In this document: positions 60,874-64,000 of the stretch, one piece after another
Layout: each line of letters begins with the position of its first letter
Position numbering within the stretch: the stretch's first letter is position 1
DNA from: Dendrobates tinctorius
Lineage: Eukaryota
Assembly: GCF_039654945.1 (NCBI RefSeq)
Contig: NW_027361891.1
Location: 8,060,001 to 8,124,000, forward strand
Direction of reading: 5' to 3'
DNA length: 64,000 bases
Notes under the pieces: generated by a model
Seen by the model: the letters and a program-made list of their open reading frames with translations, nothing else
Databases searched by the model: none
Told to the model about the DNA's origin: nothing
Program-made: the position numbers and the translations under genes

Positions 60874-60950
60874 GTGGAGAATTGCAGCAAGTGGAAGGCA
60901 ATCCATATCGCTGTGTGTGGAAAGCTTGCTGTTGGCGGATGTCTGATGAT
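60874..60950 (+). CDS. NUP107: NUP107 internal exon ([26 protein letters not shown])
   Basis: tgtag| acceptor and |gtaagt donor; 77 nt, phase 1/0. VEGNPYR..WK..CWRM motif. Confidence 0.95.
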
Positions 60951-61529
60951 GTAAGTATTTGTAATATATCATTTATAGATGTTGAGCATGGGACCCTATT
61001 TAAAGTCCCTTGTCCTGTGATCTAGAACTGTTGCTGTGCTGGATTTGGCCAATTTAATCCATTATTTCAGTGGCTGCCTAGTCCAAACTAAAAATTTCTT
61101 TGCAGCGTGCCAGACCACGTCAACATCAGGGATTTTTTAAGCCATAGCAATCTACAGTAAATTTAGCTGGTTTTGATGTAATACCTGTCCTTATTAAACA
61201 TCCCGTTTTGTAAATCCGCACCGTGTGCACATACCCTAAGTCTCTGCATCTTTTCTGCAATAGTGTGTTCATTTAAACTAAGAATTTCATTACGCTAGGT
61301 GTCTTTAGTTGATGGCACTAAATTGGTGGGCAAGTCAGAATAAAACTGAGAGTCCATCAGTCCCCTGCCTTCCCAAGGACAGAATAGCACAGTGTGTTAC
61401 TCTTTTATAACTATTCAGGAGCATGATCAGTGACACAAATTACCATGAAGTTCAGCCAAAACCTTTTACTCTGTATTACTTTCCGTTCATACATAAGTCT
61501 TTTTAACTTTTGCCTGTTTTGTGTCTCAG

Positions 61530-61589
61530 GAGCAGTTCAGTAGATATGAAAGAGCGATTTATGCCACACTCAGTGGGAACCTAAAGCAG
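61530..61589 (+). CDS. NUP107: NUP107 internal exon (EQFSRYERAIYATLSGNLKQ)
   Basis: ctcag| acceptor and |gtatga donor; 60 nt, phase 0/0. YERAIYA.LSGNL motif. Confidence 0.96.
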
Positions 61590-61676
61590 GTATGAATTTT
61601 ACATTTTTACTTTGGATACAAGCATACATATGCTAGTTGTTCCAATGTTATACTGCTAATGATCATGATACAATCA

Positions 61677-64000
61677 TTTCTCTATTGCTTCATTGGGGGA
61701 CACAGGAACCATGGATGTATGCTATGCACATAAAGTAAGCTCCTCCTCTGCAGTATACACCCCACTGACTGGCACCAAGTTAATCAGTTTTAGCTTAGTG
61801 TCAGTAGGAGGTGGACACAGGTCTTTCATTAGACCCATATCTACCTCAGTGTGCACCTTTCTTTTTCAGGTACCTGGAGGGATCCAGTGTGATCAGTCAC
61901 TACTGTACTCCCACGTAGAGACTGAGTACGGCGTGTACTGCCACCCCGTATCCTCGTATGTCTGGCCGGCAGGACCACAGCCCCTAATACAGAAGCGTGT
62001 TCAGGTGATCCGGACACGGTCCTGCCTCCGTCCCATTCGCCCACCAGAGCCTGTCGGTTTGAAGGAGAAGCGGACGTCCGATCTTCACGGAGTGAGGCTT
62101 TGTGCACACGGAGTTTTTTGGCTCTGCGGATTTTGGAGTGAAATCCGCAGATAAATCCGCAGGACTAAAGTCCTGCAGTTTATCTGCGGATTTGCCTGCG
62201 GTTTTGCTCTGCGGTTTTACACCTCATAATGGATGAGGTGTGAAACCACAGCGTTTCTGCACAAAAAAATTGACATGCTGCGGATTGTAAACAATTGCAG
62301 CAAAACCGCGTGGAAAAATCCGCAGCATGTGCACTGCGTTTTCCAGTTTACCATTGAAAACAATGGTCCTGTACAACGCACCTAAATCTGCTGCGGACCC
62401 GCAGCAGAATCCGCACCGTGTGCACATACTCTGAAGGTGTTTTCTCTTTTTTTTTTTTTTTTTTTTTTCCTCCTCCCCTCCAGGACCCGGAGTAAAAAAA
62501 AAAACTTAGAAGATCAGGGAGATTGTGAAAAAAAAAAAAAATGCCCTTGCCTTTATTTCAATGGGGTATTCCCCTTTAATCCCCCTTTTCCGGTCTCATT
62601 GCTGGATCTCTGAACGAGATCCAGCTGATGCAGCAGCAGCCATTAGTCACATGACACGCCACATACCTGGCTCAGTGTTCTGCCCGCAGCTGCGCAAAAT
62701 GAGCAGTGTTTTTTCTGGCCTCTGCACCGCTCCGGCGGTCACCAGGCTTAATCTAGGCCGTGGCTTTCATTTGGGTCTATTCTCCACATTGGCTCCGCCC
62801 CCCGTCTGGCATGGGGCTACCTTTTTTGAGTGTTTTTAGGGCCTCTGCGCTGCTCCACCCTGCAACGGCGGTCACCAGGCTTAATCTTGGCCGTGGCTTT
62901 CATTCGGGCCTAGTCTCCGCAGTGGCTCAGCCCCCCGTCTTCTCAGTTCTTCGGGTGGGCTTTTCTCCCGCCCGTCACTCCTTCACGCCCGTCGCTCCTT
63001 CACTACTTTTTCCTGCTCCCAGCTTCTAGCTCCACCCACTCCTCCCGGCCACATCAGACAGGCTACGTTCGTCGCCATCTTTCTCCCCCCGATCCGGCGG
63101 TCAGCTTTGCTCCCTCTTCCTGTGTCAGAGAGCGGGCTTTTTCTCAGTGCGCCCACTCTTATGCAGCACGCAATTTTGCACATGGATCCCCTGCATCCTC
63201 CTTTCAGCGCCATTTTCCGGCGTGTGGATCCATACAGTGGCTTCTCCCTGCAAGACCTGCTCTTCTCTAGCTCACACAGCAGCATCTACAGCCTGGAAGC
63301 AGACTACAGGACAACTGCTCTTACTGTGAGTAGCTCTGCTCTGCAGACTGATACTCTCCTCTGCATCTTTTCTGTCCCCTAACCTTCTGGCATCAGTTAA
63401 TGGGTCTGATCATTATGCCTAAGCATAAAGGAAGGGCCTGCTCGTCCCTCTGCTTATTCCTCTTCTACTCTCGTCAGACACTTCACGTTGCTCTTCGTGC
63501 AAAACCAAACTCCCCTCAGGTCAGTCCTCTCCCCTCTGTCAGGACTGCAGCAACCCCACTGTGCCCACTGCCCAGGAGGCCCTTCCCACCCCAGGCGAGA
63601 CCGAGACCCCTATCCCAGGGTGGGCTGCTTCTCTGTCGCAGTCTGTGGCGGACCTCACCAGGGTGTCGCAGACGCTGGTGTCCGTGCTCGACAAATTGCC
63701 CCTTCCGGCTACCGCAGTCGCCAGTGGGTCGCAGGATTCTCTGTCTGGTCCTTCCATCACTGGCCGCAAAAGACCCAGACAGGAACACCGTTCTAGGTCC
63801 TCTTTCCGCTCCATTTCACCATCTGGTCTTTCACATGAAATCCCTCTTCCAGATCCTCCTCCCCTGAGTCAGGCGAAGCATCTTCAGACGGGCTTTCAGA
63901 GAATGATTCGGACCTAGATTCAGCACAGGCCTCTAACATGAGAGATATGGTTCTGAGCCTGATAGTTGCGGTCAGCCAGACCTTAGGCATCAAGGATACC
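61677..64000 (+). mobile_element. DIRS1-type retrotransposon F (5' part, D-related, decayed gag from 63415; cut by the window)
   Basis: Left end tttctctattgcttcattgggggacacag. Leader is colinear with D; the gag fragment IPGWAASLSQSVADLTRVS matches D. Confidence 0.88.
62096..62431. mobile_element. Harbinger-type MITE in the DIRS F leader
   Basis: 3-bp TGA duplication; TIRs ggctttgtgcacacgg / ccgtgtgcacatactc; internal tgcgg/ccgca repeats. Confidence 0.72.

Overview
Vertebrate genomic DNA, probably a frog (inferred from the TE repertoire). Seven internal coding exons of NUP107 lie on the + strand, all with GT-AG boundaries and consistent phases. The introns, one of them about 40 kb, are largely filled with transposable elements. 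There are six DIRS1-type tyrosine-recombinase retrotransposons (called A-F here; B is apparently intact) plus one isolated DIRS left end, an intact DD36E Tc1-like transposon and a decayed Tc1. Also present are three non-autonomous Helitrons, two complete TTAA/piggyBac-like elements plus a remnant, a Harbinger carrying a 7-exon MADF gene, L1/L2 fragments, Penelope-like pieces with hammerhead-like motifs, MITEs and minisatellites. The most interesting signals come from comparing the diverged DIRS families. They show ~70-80 nt spliceosomal-type introns in or just before gag, a 5' splice-site-like motif 14-21 nt from each visible 3' terminus, and a hairpin at the left-ITR boundary conserved in position but not in sequence. 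Several also have a UGA-C(UA) gag stop in frame with downstream ORFs. All coordinates were read by hand and may be off by a few bases. No database searches were run.
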